A stretch of 64,000 nucleotides of DNA from Bacteroidota bacterium (GCA_002862745.1 PKDX01000048.1:8696-72695), one strand, 5' to 3'. Shown: positions 28,484-38,904, counted from the first letter of the stretch. The notes: a model not told the origin generated them from the letters alone. Translations and numbers: made by a program.

Positions 28484-31137
28484 TGTCTAGGTTCCGTTTG
28501 CGTTGGTTACTTCTTTTGGGATGGATGTCTTTAGGCGGCATGGTGTGGGCACAAAATGATAGCACAGAGTCTACATTGGATATTAATCCATGGGACTTTA
28601 GTGACCCTAAAGAATACGTTGTAGCAGGTGCTGTTTTAGAGGGAAGCAATTTGAATAAAGGTGTTCTGCTAAATCTTGCTGAAATTCCAGTTGGTTCGAC
28701 AATAACCCTTCCTGGGGATGATCTTGCCATGGCGATTAAGCGACTTTGGGACCAGAGAATTTTCGCAGGTGTCTCCATTTATATAGATTCTGTGCAAGGA
28801 AATCAAGTCTTTTTAAGGTTATCGATTACCGAACGACCTCGTCTATCACGATTTGTGATTACAGGTGTAAAAAAAGGCGATGCTGAAGAGATTCGAGAGA
28901 TTTTAAACCTAGGGATTGCCTCGGTGCTTCAGGAGTCGGACAAAAATGAGATTCGTTATAAAATCTCAAAGTATTACACAGACAAGGGCTTTTACAAGCC
29001 GGTCGTTACTATGACAGAGCAGGAGGATACCATTATGGCAAATAGTGTCTTATTGCGTATTGAGGTCGATCGAGGAAGAAAAGTTCGTATTGATGAAATA
29101 CAGATTGAGGGTAATACGGAGATGACCAATCGCCAGATTAAGCGAAGCATGAAAAACACTCGTGAGCGCGTGAAATTCGAACTTCAAGAGTTACTCAATA
29201 TTCCAAAAAACAAAATAGATTCGGCGTTTGGTACGCTAGATGTTATTACCGATTTTTCTGCGAGTAGAGCCTTTAAATATGGTGATCGGTTTGTTAATCT
29301 CAACATCTTCAAATCCTCAAAATTTTCTCCGCAAAGTTACAAGGATGATAAAGAGATCTTGCTTACGCGCTATCGAGACAATGGCTATCTCGACGCCAAA
29401 ATCACTTTTGATACGGCGGTGTTCTTACCCGATGGGAATGTCTTCATTGCAATGCAAATCGAGGAAGGGAATCAATACTATTTTAGAAACATTACGTTTT
29501 CAGGCCAGGCAAAGTATTCCGACTCGCTTCTACTACAAATCCTAGATATAAAGAAGGGGTCAGTGTTCAGTGAAGGCCTGCTCAATGAGCGGTTGTTCCA
29601 AAGCCAAAATAGCGATGATGTAAGTTCATTGTATATGGATAATGGCTATCTATTTTTCAATGTTACTCCAATCGAACAACGGGTAGAAGGGGACTCCATT
29701 GACTTGTTACTCAAAGTGTATGAGGGGCCACAAGCGACCATTAACGCAATCAATATCTACGGAAACACAAAGACGAACGAGAAAGTCATTCGTCGTGAGC
29801 TCTACATAAAACCTGGCGACAAATTCAGTAGAACGGCGCTAATGCGTTCTCAACGAGAGCTGGCCAATCTCGGGTATTTTGATCCAGAGCAAATGGAGAT
29901 TCTTCCTCGACCTAATCCTCAAAATGGAACGGTGGATATCGATTTAAAGGTTGTTGAGAAGCCTTCTGACCAATTAGAACTCTCAGCAGGGTGGGGAGGC
30001 CGAGGAAATGGAGTAGTGGGTACGCTTGGTGTTCAGTTTACCAATTTCTCGCTGCGTAATGTGTTTAATGGGAAAGCATGGTCGCCATTACCTTCTGGGG
30101 ATGGACAAAACTTAACGGTTCGTGTTCAGTCCAATGGTAAACTCTTTCAATCGTATAATTTAAGTTTTACCGAACCATGGCTTGGCGGTCGTAAGCCCAA
30201 CTCGTTATCTCTAAGCTTTTTTCGTCAGCGTCTCAATGATTTAGATATTAATCGCGACGTTGAGGGAAGTTTAGTTACTACAGGAGGCTCTGTAGCACTG
30301 GGCACACGCCTTCGTTGGCCAGATGACTATTTCATCGTCCAAACGTCATTAAACTTTCAGCGCTATCAACTCGATAACTTTAACACCTTTGATTTCAGCT
30401 TTACTAATGGTCAGGCCAATAATATCAATTTCTCTACTACGATTGCGCGAAACTCTATTGATCAGCCATTGTTTCCAAGTAGAGGTTCAAACATATCCTT
30501 AACCCTGCAAGCAACCTTGCCTTACAGTCTATTGTTTAAGGGACGACGTAATATTGACTTTAGTGACCCAACCTTAGATGATGAGATTCGTTTCCGGTGG
30601 GTAGAATTTTATAAAGGACGCTTTGATGCAGAATTTTATACGCCATTAGCTGGAAAGCTGGTATTGTATACTGCTGCAAAAATGGGATTCTTAGGGACAT
30701 ACAATAAATCCCTCGGGCTTACGCCTTTTGAGCGTTATGAAGTAGGAGGGGAAGGGTTTCAGCAAACAAGATTCTTGGGAAGGGATCCAATCGGTTTACG
30801 AGGATACAATGTCATCACGCCAAGTGGTGGAGCGCCAATATTTAATAAGTTTATCATGGAGATGCGCTATCCGATTTCTTTGAACCCATCAGCAACTGTT
30901 TACACATTGGCTTTCCTAGAAGGCGGAAACTTTTGGAATTCGATCCAAGACTATCAACCGTTTAATCTCAAACGCTCTTTTGGTGTGGGTTTGAGAGTCT
31001 TTTTGCCTATGTTTGGTCTGCTTGGATTTGATTATGGCATAGGCTTTGATGATGATGACTTGGATGCCGCAACGGGTGACAACTTGTTTCAGAAGTATGG
31101 CCAGTTTCGGATTATTTTAGGATTTGAACCTCAATAG
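28480..31137 (+). CDS. bamA: Outer-membrane protein assembly factor BamA
   Basis: 885 aa. Signal peptide, repeated POTRA-like segments, and a C-terminal Omp85 barrel. ATGA overlap with the uppS stop. Confidence 0.9.
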   Translation: MMSRFRLRWLLLLGWMSLGGMVWAQNDSTESTLDINPWDFSDPKEYVVAGAVLEGSNLNKGVLLNLAEIPVGSTITLPGDDLAMAIKRLWDQRIFAGVSIYIDSVQGNQVFLRLSITERPRLSRFVITGVKKGDAEEIREILNLGIASVLQESDKNEIRYKISKYYTDKGFYKPVVTMTEQEDTIMANSVLLRIEVDRGRKVRIDEIQIEGNTEMTNRQIKRSMKNTRERVKFELQELLNIPKNKIDSAFGTLDVITDFSASRAFKYGDRFVNLNIFKSSKFSPQSYKDDKEILLTRYRDNGYLDAKITFDTAVFLPDGNVFIAMQIEEGNQYYFRNITFSGQAKYSDSLLLQILDIKKGSVFSEGLLNERLFQSQNSDDVSSLYMDNGYLFFNVTPIEQRVEGDSIDLLLKVYEGPQATINAINIYGNTKTNEKVIRRELYIKPGDKFSRTALMRSQRELANLGYFDPEQMEILPRPNPQNGTVDIDLKVVEKPSDQLELSAGWGGRGNGVVGTLGVQFTNFSLRNVFNGKAWSPLPSGDGQNLTVRVQSNGKLFQSYNLSFTEPWLGGRKPNSLSLSFFRQRLNDLDINRDVEGSLVTTGGSVALGTRLRWPDDYFIVQTSLNFQRYQLDNFNTFDFSFTNGQANNINFSTTIARNSIDQPLFPSRGSNISLTLQATLPYSLLFKGRRNIDFSDPTLDDEIRFRWVEFYKGRFDAEFYTPLAGKLVLYTAAKMGFLGTYNKSLGLTPFERYEVGGEGFQQTRFLGRDPIGLRGYNVITPSGGAPIFNKFIMEMRYPISLNPSATVYTLAFLEGGNFWNSIQDYQPFNLKRSFGVGLRVFLPMFGLLGFDYGIGFDDDDLDAATGDNLFQKYGQFRIILGFEPQ

Positions 31138-31144
31138 AAAAAAT

Positions 31145-31663
31145 ATGCGAAAATTACTAGGGTTACTTTTTGTTGTTTTAAGTTTTCATGGACTTAGTGC
31201 ACAGCGTTTCGTTTACGTAGATATGGAATATATGTTTAGTCAGATTCCAGAAGTTCAGCGTGCCCAGGAAGAATTGGATGCCAAGGCTATGGGATGGCGA
31301 ACAACGATACAGAATATGATGTTCTCAGTCGATTCCGCCTACAAAGCTTTTCAAGCAGAACAAGTGCTTATGACAGAGCGCATGAAGGCTGATAAAATTC
31401 AAGAAATCGAAGATATGGAGCGCTCAATAAAGGTCTATCAACAAGAAAAATTTGGTCCTGAAGGGGCGCTTTTTGCTGAAAAAGATGCCCTGCTTCGTCC
31501 TGTTCAAGACAAGATTTATGATGAGATTCAGCTGTACGCTGAAGAGAAGGGGTATGACTTTATACTCGATCGATCAGCGTCGACAATGGTATTGTTTGGA
31601 TCCGATCGTTACAACAAAAGTGACGAAATCTTAAAAAGACTTGGATATACTGTGTCCAAGTAA
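31145..31663 (+). CDS. skp: OmpH/Skp-family periplasmic chaperone
   Basis: About 172 aa with signal peptide MRKLLGLLFVVLSFHGLSAQ and a coiled-coil-rich body, directly after bamA. ATG 31145 preferred over the track start 31124. Confidence 0.75.
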   Translation: MRKLLGLLFVVLSFHGLSAQRFVYVDMEYMFSQIPEVQRAQEELDAKAMGWRTTIQNMMFSVDSAYKAFQAEQVLMTERMKADKIQEIEDMERSIKVYQQEKFGPEGALFAEKDALLRPVQDKIYDEIQLYAEEKGYDFILDRSASTMVLFGSDRYNKSDEILKRLGYTVSK

Positions 31664-31710
31664 GTTTTTATTACCTGAAAAATAGTTTCTTTACACCACA
31701 ATAATTTACA

Positions 31711-32223
31711 ATGAAAGCATTACGATTTATTCTTCCTCTAGCCATGGTTTTTGGCTTCACCTTAACGAGCACTGCACAGACTAGTAAAATGGGTTTGGTA
31801 GATTATCAAGCACTTTTAGCTGAAATGCCCGAATCTATATCGGCCCAAGAAAAATTGCAAAGTAGGTCGGACGAAATGCAAAATGAGCTAGATATGATAG
31901 AGAAGCAGTACATGGTTAAGGCCCAAGAATATCAAGACATGATGAATTCTGGAACCCTTACAACAGGGGCATCACAAGCCGCACAGGCTGAGTTGGCTAG
32001 TTTGGAAGAAAAGTATTCAAAAGCCGATTTACGTGCACAGGAATCATTAATGGGTTATCAAGAAACCTTAATGACACCTATCATTAATAAGTTAGATGAG
32101 GCAATTAACTCTGTATCCAAAGCAAACGGATATACTCATGTAACCGATATTAACCAATTTATAGTATATCCTGAAAGTGACGACATCACTGGTAAGGTAA
32201 AGGCCCACTTAGGCATACAATAA
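31711..32223 (+). CDS. skp: OmpH/Skp-family periplasmic chaperone (second copy)
   Basis: 170 aa with a signal peptide and a coiled-coil body. Tandem with the first skp, as is typical of Bacteroidota. Confidence 0.75.
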   Translation: MKALRFILPLAMVFGFTLTSTAQTSKMGLVDYQALLAEMPESISAQEKLQSRSDEMQNELDMIEKQYMVKAQEYQDMMNSGTLTTGASQAAQAELASLEEKYSKADLRAQESLMGYQETLMTPIINKLDEAINSVSKANGYTHVTDINQFIVYPESDDITGKVKAHLGIQ

Positions 32224-32229
32224 GGTAGG

Positions 32230-33021
32230 TTGAGCTCGTCGAAGATTGGTGTTTTTGATTCGGGCATAGGTGGACTCCCCCTTGCTTTTGCGATTCGCAA
32301 TACCTTTCCTTCCCACGACATTATCTACTTTGGCGATACAGAACATTTTCCTTTTGGTGATCGCTCAGCTGAGTCTGTAGAACGCTTTAGTCATGCTATG
32401 GCTAGCTTCTTACATGAAGAAGGGTGTGATATTCTTGTTATTGCTTGCAATACCGCTAGTGCGGTGGCTTATGATTCATTAAAGCAACGTCTTAACAACG
32501 GAGCTACTGTGCTCAATGTGATTGATCCAGTAGTTCAAGAAGTATGCAATGCATCAGCAACACACATCGGAGTTATTGGAACATCCCGCACAATAGAAAC
32601 CAACATTTTTGAACAAAAGATTTTGTCAAGTTGCCAGAACAAGAGGGTATATAGTTTGCCAACCCCGTTGCTTGCTCCAATGATTGAAGCGGGATACTAT
32701 AACCATCCGGTTAGCGAACTAGTAGTTCAAGATTATCTAAACCATCCTTCTTTTGAATCGATCGAGGGCTTGGTGCTTGCATGCACCCATTATCCTCTCA
32801 TCCGAAAGGATATAAGTGCAGTATTTGGAAGTCGATTTAAAATGTTTGATGCGCACAATGCGTTGGTTTCTGCCTTGCGTGATTGTATTCAGGATACTTC
32901 TAGTGAAACCAAGGGAAGTACTACCTTTTATGTAAGCGATTTAACCAAGAGCTTTCAGAAAACTGCAGAAATTTTCGCTGGCGGTCCAGTAGATCTTAGA
33001 CAACACCGATTAAAATTATGA
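32230..33021 (+). CDS. murI: Glutamate racemase MurI
   Basis: VFDSGIGGL, IACNTAS and LACTHYP catalytic-Cys motifs. TTG start. Confidence 0.9.
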   Translation: MSSSKIGVFDSGIGGLPLAFAIRNTFPSHDIIYFGDTEHFPFGDRSAESVERFSHAMASFLHEEGCDILVIACNTASAVAYDSLKQRLNNGATVLNVIDPVVQEVCNASATHIGVIGTSRTIETNIFEQKILSSCQNKRVYSLPTPLLAPMIEAGYYNHPVSELVVQDYLNHPSFESIEGLVLACTHYPLIRKDISAVFGSRFKMFDAHNALVSALRDCIQDTSSETKGSTTFYVSDLTKSFQKTAEIFAGGPVDLRQHRLKL

Positions 33022-34217
33022 GAATAGTATCCTTCCTATTAACCTTTTTCGTTTGTGCTTCGTTAACTAGTCAAGGCATCTCCTTTTTTGAGGGGAGTTT
33101 CGACGAGGCAAAGGAACTTGCAGCCAAAGAGGGCAAGTTAATTTTTATGGATTCCTATGCAAAGTGGTGTGGCCCATGTAAACGGATGGCGCGCGATGTA
33201 TTTACTGTAGAAGAAGTAGGGGACTTCTTTAATGCAAATTTTGTCAACTTGAAAATGGACATGGAGACAGAAGAAGGACGTTTGCTGAACAAGACGTATC
33301 AGGTAGCTGTCTATCCAACGCTTTTTGTTCTTGATGCAGATGGCGAAATTATTCTTCGAGAAAAGGGCTATCGCGATGCGCGCGGACTCCTGCAAGTTGG
33401 TCGCAAAGCACTCCTTCCTAGTGAATCGCAAATGCTAGATATGGCTGATCAGTTCCAATCCGGTGAATATGATGTGCTCTTTTTAGTGGATTACCTCCAG
33501 GCATTGCAATGGACAGGAAAGGAAGGGCAGTCCAATGTAATGGCTAAGCTGGCGGAAAGCGTTTCCCCAAGCGACATGCAACTTGAAAAAGTTCAGCAAG
33601 CATTTTTGGGATATAGCCCTCTAGCTTCCGGATATTATCCAACACATATTCTCAAGGACTACCAAAATGTCTTTATCGACCAATTGGGTAAAGAAAAATT
33701 TGAGGAGACTGTGCTCTCTATTCTAAAAGGGCTATGGCAAGGAGCGACTAAGGAGGAGTATGGTAGGTTTATCACTCCCGAAGATTTTGATACCTATTAT
33801 GATGTGTTTAAGTCAATCAACAATAAACGTTATAAAAGAGAAGTATACTTATGGAAAATGGCTTTTGCTGAGGCCTTTGGGGATTGGGATGTCTTTTTAA
33901 AGGCCGCAAACACCTATTTTAAATCAAAAGCAGGTAAAACTGATGAAACGACGCTTATGAGCGCATCGTGGTCTCTTTACCACTCTGATCCAATCTACGA
34001 CGACCAAGTCTTGGCTTGGACGAATCGCGTGATGGAAAGCAGCGCTAACCAGAGTGCGCCCTATTTTCTTCAAGCCTATCTTTTTATGCGTCAAGAGAAT
34101 TATGAAAAGGCCGACGAAGTGATGCAGCGCTGTATGGTATTCTTAACGGAAGATAGTCCAGAGTATAAGGATGCATCCATAATTAACACAATTCTAGAAA
34201 CGCAATTGAGCCGGTAG
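33018..34217 (+). CDS. Secreted thioredoxin-fold protein with a helical C-terminal domain
   Basis: Signal peptide, WCGPCKRM redox motif, and a roughly 270-aa helical tail. ATGA overlap with the murI stop. Confidence 0.65.
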   Translation: MRIVSFLLTFFVCASLTSQGISFFEGSFDEAKELAAKEGKLIFMDSYAKWCGPCKRMARDVFTVEEVGDFFNANFVNLKMDMETEEGRLLNKTYQVAVYPTLFVLDADGEIILREKGYRDARGLLQVGRKALLPSESQMLDMADQFQSGEYDVLFLVDYLQALQWTGKEGQSNVMAKLAESVSPSDMQLEKVQQAFLGYSPLASGYYPTHILKDYQNVFIDQLGKEKFEETVLSILKGLWQGATKEEYGRFITPEDFDTYYDVFKSINNKRYKREVYLWKMAFAEAFGDWDVFLKAANTYFKSKAGKTDETTLMSASWSLYHSDPIYDDQVLAWTNRVMESSANQSAPYFLQAYLFMRQENYEKADEVMQRCMVFLTEDSPEYKDASIINTILETQLSR

Positions 34218-35213
34218 GTCTGCTAATGCTTGTGTGAGCCTTTTGTAGGTGAGCTCTTTTTGGGACAACATCGTATAGTTTGATTTCTTTGCCATTTGTT
34301 CGGCAAGGTAAACTTGTTCAGTTTGCCCTGGTGTTGGGATAACTAGAGCATCGATATCTAAGCATAATAAATCCATTAGTGTACTGTAACCACTTCGGCA
34401 GATTAACGCTTTGCATCCATTAAGCTTTGTGGCAAGTTCCTGGCCATGAAGATGATTGAATACATGTATATGAGGCGGTAGGTTGAGCGAGATAGTGCCC
34501 TCGTTTGGAAGTCCTCGAACTAGAAAAATTTGGAGATGTTTGAGGGGTTTCAGAATACTTATCAAGCGTTCTTCGAGGTGACTACGCGTAGGCTCAGGAC
34601 CGGATAATATAAGACCTATATCATAACAATACGAGCGCTCTTCTTTTGGAATTTTATAGGTGGCTAGGTCAGATAGGAATCCTTTATATGTTTTGTCTCT
34701 AGAATGCGTGCTAAGGTGCCCACTTAAATTATCCGGTGGCGCATGATCAGGAACCCAGAGGGATGTAAATGGGGCCATATAATGATCCAACTTTTTGTAA
34801 AACAATTGCGCAAAGAATTTAGAAGTTGGTACAATAGGTCTTAGCTGATGGCTTAAAAAATGAGATGGCAGGTCATGATGATAACATCCATAGCGATTAT
34901 CAGAAACAATCTGTTCAATGTTATGGTCCTTGCAAAACGCTGAGACAACGCTGTGTTCATCTTCAATTGCTCGAAGGATTTTTCGAGCTTGAAAGGCCAT
35001 GTTGATTATCATGCTACTCGAAGCATATCGAACGCTGTAGGCCGGAAGCTCTAAAAAGGAATGATCGGGGAAACGTTTTTTTAGGTGGGTTAGAGCAACT
35101 CCATCACTAGCAATAGTCACGTCGTGGCCTTCATGAATCAATCGCTGAATCAGCACGCTGCTCCGACTTGCGTGACCAAGCCCCCAATTAAGTACACAAA
35201 AAAGCGTTTTCAC
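34194..35213 (-). CDS. GT-B fold glycosyltransferase (GT1/GT28, MurG-like)
   Basis: 339 aa. N-terminal NWGLGHASRS glycine-rich motif and a C-terminal GYSTLMD...TPGQTEQ donor-binding-like segment. Confidence 0.6.
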   Translation of the reverse strand: MKTLFCVLNWGLGHASRSSVLIQRLIHEGHDVTIASDGVALTHLKKRFPDHSFLELPAYSVRYASSSMIINMAFQARKILRAIEDEHSVVSAFCKDHNIEQIVSDNRYGCYHHDLPSHFLSHQLRPIVPTSKFFAQLFYKKLDHYMAPFTSLWVPDHAPPDNLSGHLSTHSRDKTYKGFLSDLATYKIPKEERSYCYDIGLILSGPEPTRSHLEERLISILKPLKHLQIFLVRGLPNEGTISLNLPPHIHVFNHLHGQELATKLNGCKALICRSGYSTLMDLLCLDIDALVIPTPGQTEQVYLAEQMAKKSNYTMLSQKELTYKRLTQALADLPAQLRF

Positions 35214-35234
35214 TGTATATTACTATAGAATTAC

Positions 35235-35390
35235 ATGCTTGAAAATATGCAACAATATCAAAGGATACTATGTCTAATTCTTTTAGGGGGACTTTTGCTA
35301 AGCCAATGTTCAGTGAATAAACAGAGTAAGTGCCCTTGCAATAAGCGCAAATCGGCAGCAACTTTTGTGTTGTCTACAGACCGAGTTTAG
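35235..35390 (+). CDS. Possible small (51-aa) lipoprotein ORF, below the track's length cut-off
   Basis: My translation is MLENMQQYQRILCLILLGGLLLSQCSVNKQSKCPCNKRKSAATFVLSTDRV. It is signal-peptide-like with a Cys after the hydrophobic core. It overlaps the 3' end of uvrA by 17 nt on the opposite strand. Confidence 0.2.
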   Translation: MLENMQQYQRILCLILLGGLLLSQCSVNKQSKCPCNKRKSAATFVLSTDRV

Positions 35391-38136
35391 CCAAAAGATG
35401 GGGTCTCGTTGGAGACTCCTTTACATTTTCTATACCTTCTGGACTACCTTGATACATAAGGTATCCTCCATCATCACCACCAACGGGCCCAAGTTCAATC
35501 ATGTAATCTGATGACTTAATAATATCTAAGTTGTGTTCGATAACGACTACGCTATGCCCCTTTTCGATTAATGCTTCAAAGGCAGCTAAGAGCTTTGCTA
35601 CATCATGAAAGTGAAGACCAGTAGTGGGTTCGTCGAAGAAGAAGAGGATGGGATCTTTTTCTTGGCCTTTAACAAGAAAGGAGGCTAGTTTGACACGTTG
35701 AGCTTCACCGCCAGATAGTGTTGAGCTTGACTGACCAAGCTGAACATAACCCAATCCAACATCTTGTAATGGTTTTAATCGATTTCTGATCTCTGCATTG
35801 CTCGTAAAGAAAGCCATGGCCTCATCGACCGTCATAGACAATACATCATAAATGGACTTACCCTTATAGGTAATCTCTAAAATTTCATCCTTAAACCGCT
35901 GGCCTTTACATGACTCACATTCTAAGCGAACGTCGGCAAGGAATTGCATTTCTACAATTTGGAATCCATCTCCTTTGCATTCATCACATCGGCCTCCATC
36001 AACATTGAATGAGAAAGCCTTTGGCTTATACCCCTCAGCCTGCGCTTTTGGAAGTTTTGAGTAGAGTGTTCGAATTGCATCATAGGCTTTGATGTAGGTG
36101 ACCGGATTGGAACGTGAACTTTTACCTAGAGGCTGTTGATCAATCATTTCAACGCGCTTAATGGCAGAGATATCTCCAGATAGGGAAGAGAAACTTCCTG
36201 GCTTTTCTCCGAAGCCATCAATCTCTCGTACAAGTGCCGGATAGAGTATTCTTTTTATTAGGGTGGATTTTCCTGAGCCACTAACTCCTGCTATGGCAAC
36301 GAGTTGATGCAATGGGATAGAAACATCAATATTTTTTAGGTTAAAGTGGCTTACTCCTTTTACATCGATTCTGCTCATTTTTTTTCGCCGCTGCTCTGGA
36401 ACGGAAATTGCTTTCTCTCCTCTTAAATACGTTGTGGTGAGGGTATCCACGTCAGCAGGCGGTGGCATTGGACCGCTGTACATAATTTCTCCTCCAAAAG
36501 TTCCTGCTTCGGGTCCTACGTCAATCAAAAAATCTGCCTCGCGAATAATGTCTTCATCATGTTCTACGACCAATACAGTGTTCCCCATATCGCGAAGAGA
36601 CTTAAGGACTCGAATAAGGTGGGTAGTGTCTCTTGGATGAAGTCCAATGCTTGGCTCATCAAGTACGTAAAGTGTCTGGGTCAGATTACTTCCTAGCGAG
36701 CGAGCGAGTTTTATTCGTTGCGCCTCACCTCCGGAGAGCGTGTGTAGCATTCGGTTCAATGTCAGATAGGATAATCCCACGCGTTCTAAAATGCGAAGAC
36801 GGTGTGTTATTTCCTCGAGGATTCGCTTGGCCACATCCTTTTCATAGGATCCTAAAGAAATCGAATTAAAAAACTGAATCATCTTGGCTATGGACATCTG
36901 AACAATATCATGAATAGGTGTGTCATTGATGAGCACATAACTGGCATCTTTTCTAATACGAGCGCCTTGGCAATCGGTACACTTCGTTCTTCCTCGATAC
37001 CTGGAGAGCAACACACGATTTTGAATTTTGTAGGCCTTTGATTCAATATATCGGAAAAAAGCATGAATGCCAGGGAAGGCACTTCCTCCATTCCAAACAA
37101 GCTGTTTTTCCTTTTTGGAAAGCTCTTTATACGGCTTGTGAATCGAAAGTCCTTCCTTTTGTGCTTCTTTGAGCATGGGCTCAAGCCATTCTTTTGCGCG
37201 TTCTCCCTTCCAGCACGCGATAGCACCATCCACTAAACTTAATCCTTGATTGGGTATCACCAGTTCTGGGTCTATTCCGATTGTCGATCCAAATCCGTTA
37301 CATGTAGTGCAGGCTCCTAACGGATTGTTAAAGTTGAAGAATTTCTCAGAAGGTTCTTCAAAGATCATCCCTGATGATTCAAAGCGATTGCTAAAAATTT
37401 GATACTCAGCAGTATTCTTTAAATCAACTAAATGGCAGTAGCCCTGACTCTCTTGAAAAGCTTGATCAATCGAATCATTCCATCGCGATTTATTTTTTTC
37501 TATCCCAGGACCACATTTTAGGCGGTCGACAATGACTAAGATACTTTTCACAGCAGGTGGGATGGTTATCGCATCGTCTAATAAATGGACAGTGCTGTCT
37601 ACAATTATGCGCACGTAGCCTTTTTGACGTAAAAGGGCGATTTCTTGTTCTACATCATCGACAAAGGAATAGGGGAAGGCTATTGCGATTCGTTGGCCAT
37701 CAGGATACTTCATCAGGGCATCAAAGACATTATCCGTTTGGTGTTTTTTGACCAATTCACCGGTTTTGGGATGATATGTTTTACCAATACGAGCATACAA
37801 TAAGCGGAGGTAGTCATAGATTTCCGTTGTCGTACCTACAGTAGCCCTTGAGGACTTACCTCCATTGTGTTGATTGATGGCTATGGCGGGGCAAAGGTTG
37901 GTAATCTTCTCAACTTTTGGTTTGTTGATCCGCTCTAAAAATTGTCTTGCATAGGAGGATAGGCTTTCGATATACCTTCTTTGGCCTTCAGCATATATCG
38001 TATCCATACATAATGAAGATTTACCAGAACCAGATACACCAGTACATACTATAAGAGCATTTTTAGGAAGTGATACATCAACGGATTTTAGGTTGTGCAT
38101 CTCAGCTTTATAGATGTCAATGGAATTTTTTTTCAT
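35374..38136 (-). CDS. uvrA: Excinuclease ABC subunit A UvrA
   Basis: 920 aa. Two ABC modules (GVSGSGKSSL and GVSGSGKSTL) and zinc-finger CxxC pairs (CTTCNGFG, CTDCQG, CDECKGDG, CESCKGQ). Confidence 0.95.
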   Translation of the reverse strand: MKKNSIDIYKAEMHNLKSVDVSLPKNALIVCTGVSGSGKSSLCMDTIYAEGQRRYIESLSSYARQFLERINKPKVEKITNLCPAIAINQHNGGKSSRATVGTTTEIYDYLRLLYARIGKTYHPKTGELVKKHQTDNVFDALMKYPDGQRIAIAFPYSFVDDVEQEIALLRQKGYVRIIVDSTVHLLDDAITIPPAVKSILVIVDRLKCGPGIEKNKSRWNDSIDQAFQESQGYCHLVDLKNTAEYQIFSNRFESSGMIFEEPSEKFFNFNNPLGACTTCNGFGSTIGIDPELVIPNQGLSLVDGAIACWKGERAKEWLEPMLKEAQKEGLSIHKPYKELSKKEKQLVWNGGSAFPGIHAFFRYIESKAYKIQNRVLLSRYRGRTKCTDCQGARIRKDASYVLINDTPIHDIVQMSIAKMIQFFNSISLGSYEKDVAKRILEEITHRLRILERVGLSYLTLNRMLHTLSGGEAQRIKLARSLGSNLTQTLYVLDEPSIGLHPRDTTHLIRVLKSLRDMGNTVLVVEHDEDIIREADFLIDVGPEAGTFGGEIMYSGPMPPPADVDTLTTTYLRGEKAISVPEQRRKKMSRIDVKGVSHFNLKNIDVSIPLHQLVAIAGVSGSGKSTLIKRILYPALVREIDGFGEKPGSFSSLSGDISAIKRVEMIDQQPLGKSSRSNPVTYIKAYDAIRTLYSKLPKAQAEGYKPKAFSFNVDGGRCDECKGDGFQIVEMQFLADVRLECESCKGQRFKDEILEITYKGKSIYDVLSMTVDEAMAFFTSNAEIRNRLKPLQDVGLGYVQLGQSSSTLSGGEAQRVKLASFLVKGQEKDPILFFFDEPTTGLHFHDVAKLLAAFEALIEKGHSVVVIEHNLDIIKSSDYMIELGPVGGDDGGYLMYQGSPEGIENVKESPTRPHLLAKLGL

Positions 38137-38266
38137 AAAAAATCAATAAAAATTGCTCTATTATAAAATTTGGCAAAGAATTTGTCGTATTATAAGAGAA
38201 CAACAAATAAACTGCCTTTGATTTAGACTCTTACTCTTTTTTACATTTTTCTAAAATTGATTGATT

Positions 38267-38842
38267 ATGAGTCTAGTTATTTCCGATCAGGCACTCGTTA
38301 AGCAATACATTGCTGGCGACGAATCCTCTCTCGAAAAGTTAATTGTCCGACACCGTGATAGAGTCTATGGTGCAATTTACAACTTCACAAAAGATGTATA
38401 CCTCACTGAAGACCTTTTTCAAGAGGTATTTATTAAGGTTGTAAATAAGTTACGTGAAGGAAAGTACAATGAGGAAGGTAAGTTTCTTCCTTGGGTGTTG
38501 CGTATGGCTCACAATCTTTGTATTGATAATTATAGAAAGACGAAGCGTCAGGTATCCATTGTAACCAGTGAAGAATTTGATCTCTTTGAAATTCTTCCAG
38601 TGGATAGCACAAATGGCGAAGAAATGATTATCAATCAGCAGCTCAAAGACAAAGTCCGCCATCTATTAAATGAGCTTCCAGAGGAGCAGCGCGAAGTTGT
38701 TTTATTGCGCCATTATTTTGAGTTTTCATTTAAAGAGATATCTGAGTTGACAGGTGTTAGCATTAATACTGCTCTTGGCCGGATGCGATATGCCTTGATC
38801 AATCTGCGCAAGGTTATAGAGGATAAAAAGATTGTCTTTTAG
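38267..38842 (+). CDS. ECF-type RNA polymerase sigma-70 family factor
   Basis: Region 2 (EDLFQEVFIKV...WVLRMAHNLCIDNYR) and region 4 (LPEEQREVVLLRHYFEFSFKEISELTGVSINTALGRMRYA). ATG 38267 preferred over TTG 38261. Confidence 0.8.
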   Translation: MSLVISDQALVKQYIAGDESSLEKLIVRHRDRVYGAIYNFTKDVYLTEDLFQEVFIKVVNKLREGKYNEEGKFLPWVLRMAHNLCIDNYRKTKRQVSIVTSEEFDLFEILPVDSTNGEEMIINQQLKDKVRHLLNELPEEQREVVLLRHYFEFSFKEISELTGVSINTALGRMRYALINLRKVIEDKKIVF

Positions 38843-38904
38843 GACTTGGGCCATGCCTTGTTAAAAAAGTGTCATTAAGGTGTAGACAATATTGTTATTC
38901 AAAG

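Noticed and set aside
28401-28778. 125-aa antisense ORF spanning the uppS/bamA junction.
   Set aside because: It overlaps two confidently identified genes on the other strand, and its product has no recognisable features.
36434-37751. Several 64-113-aa alternative-frame ORFs inside uvrA (for example 36888..37229 minus). Similar ones occur inside carB (45083..45434).
   Set aside because: They are embedded in long, motif-rich housekeeping genes, and their products are compositionally odd with no motifs.
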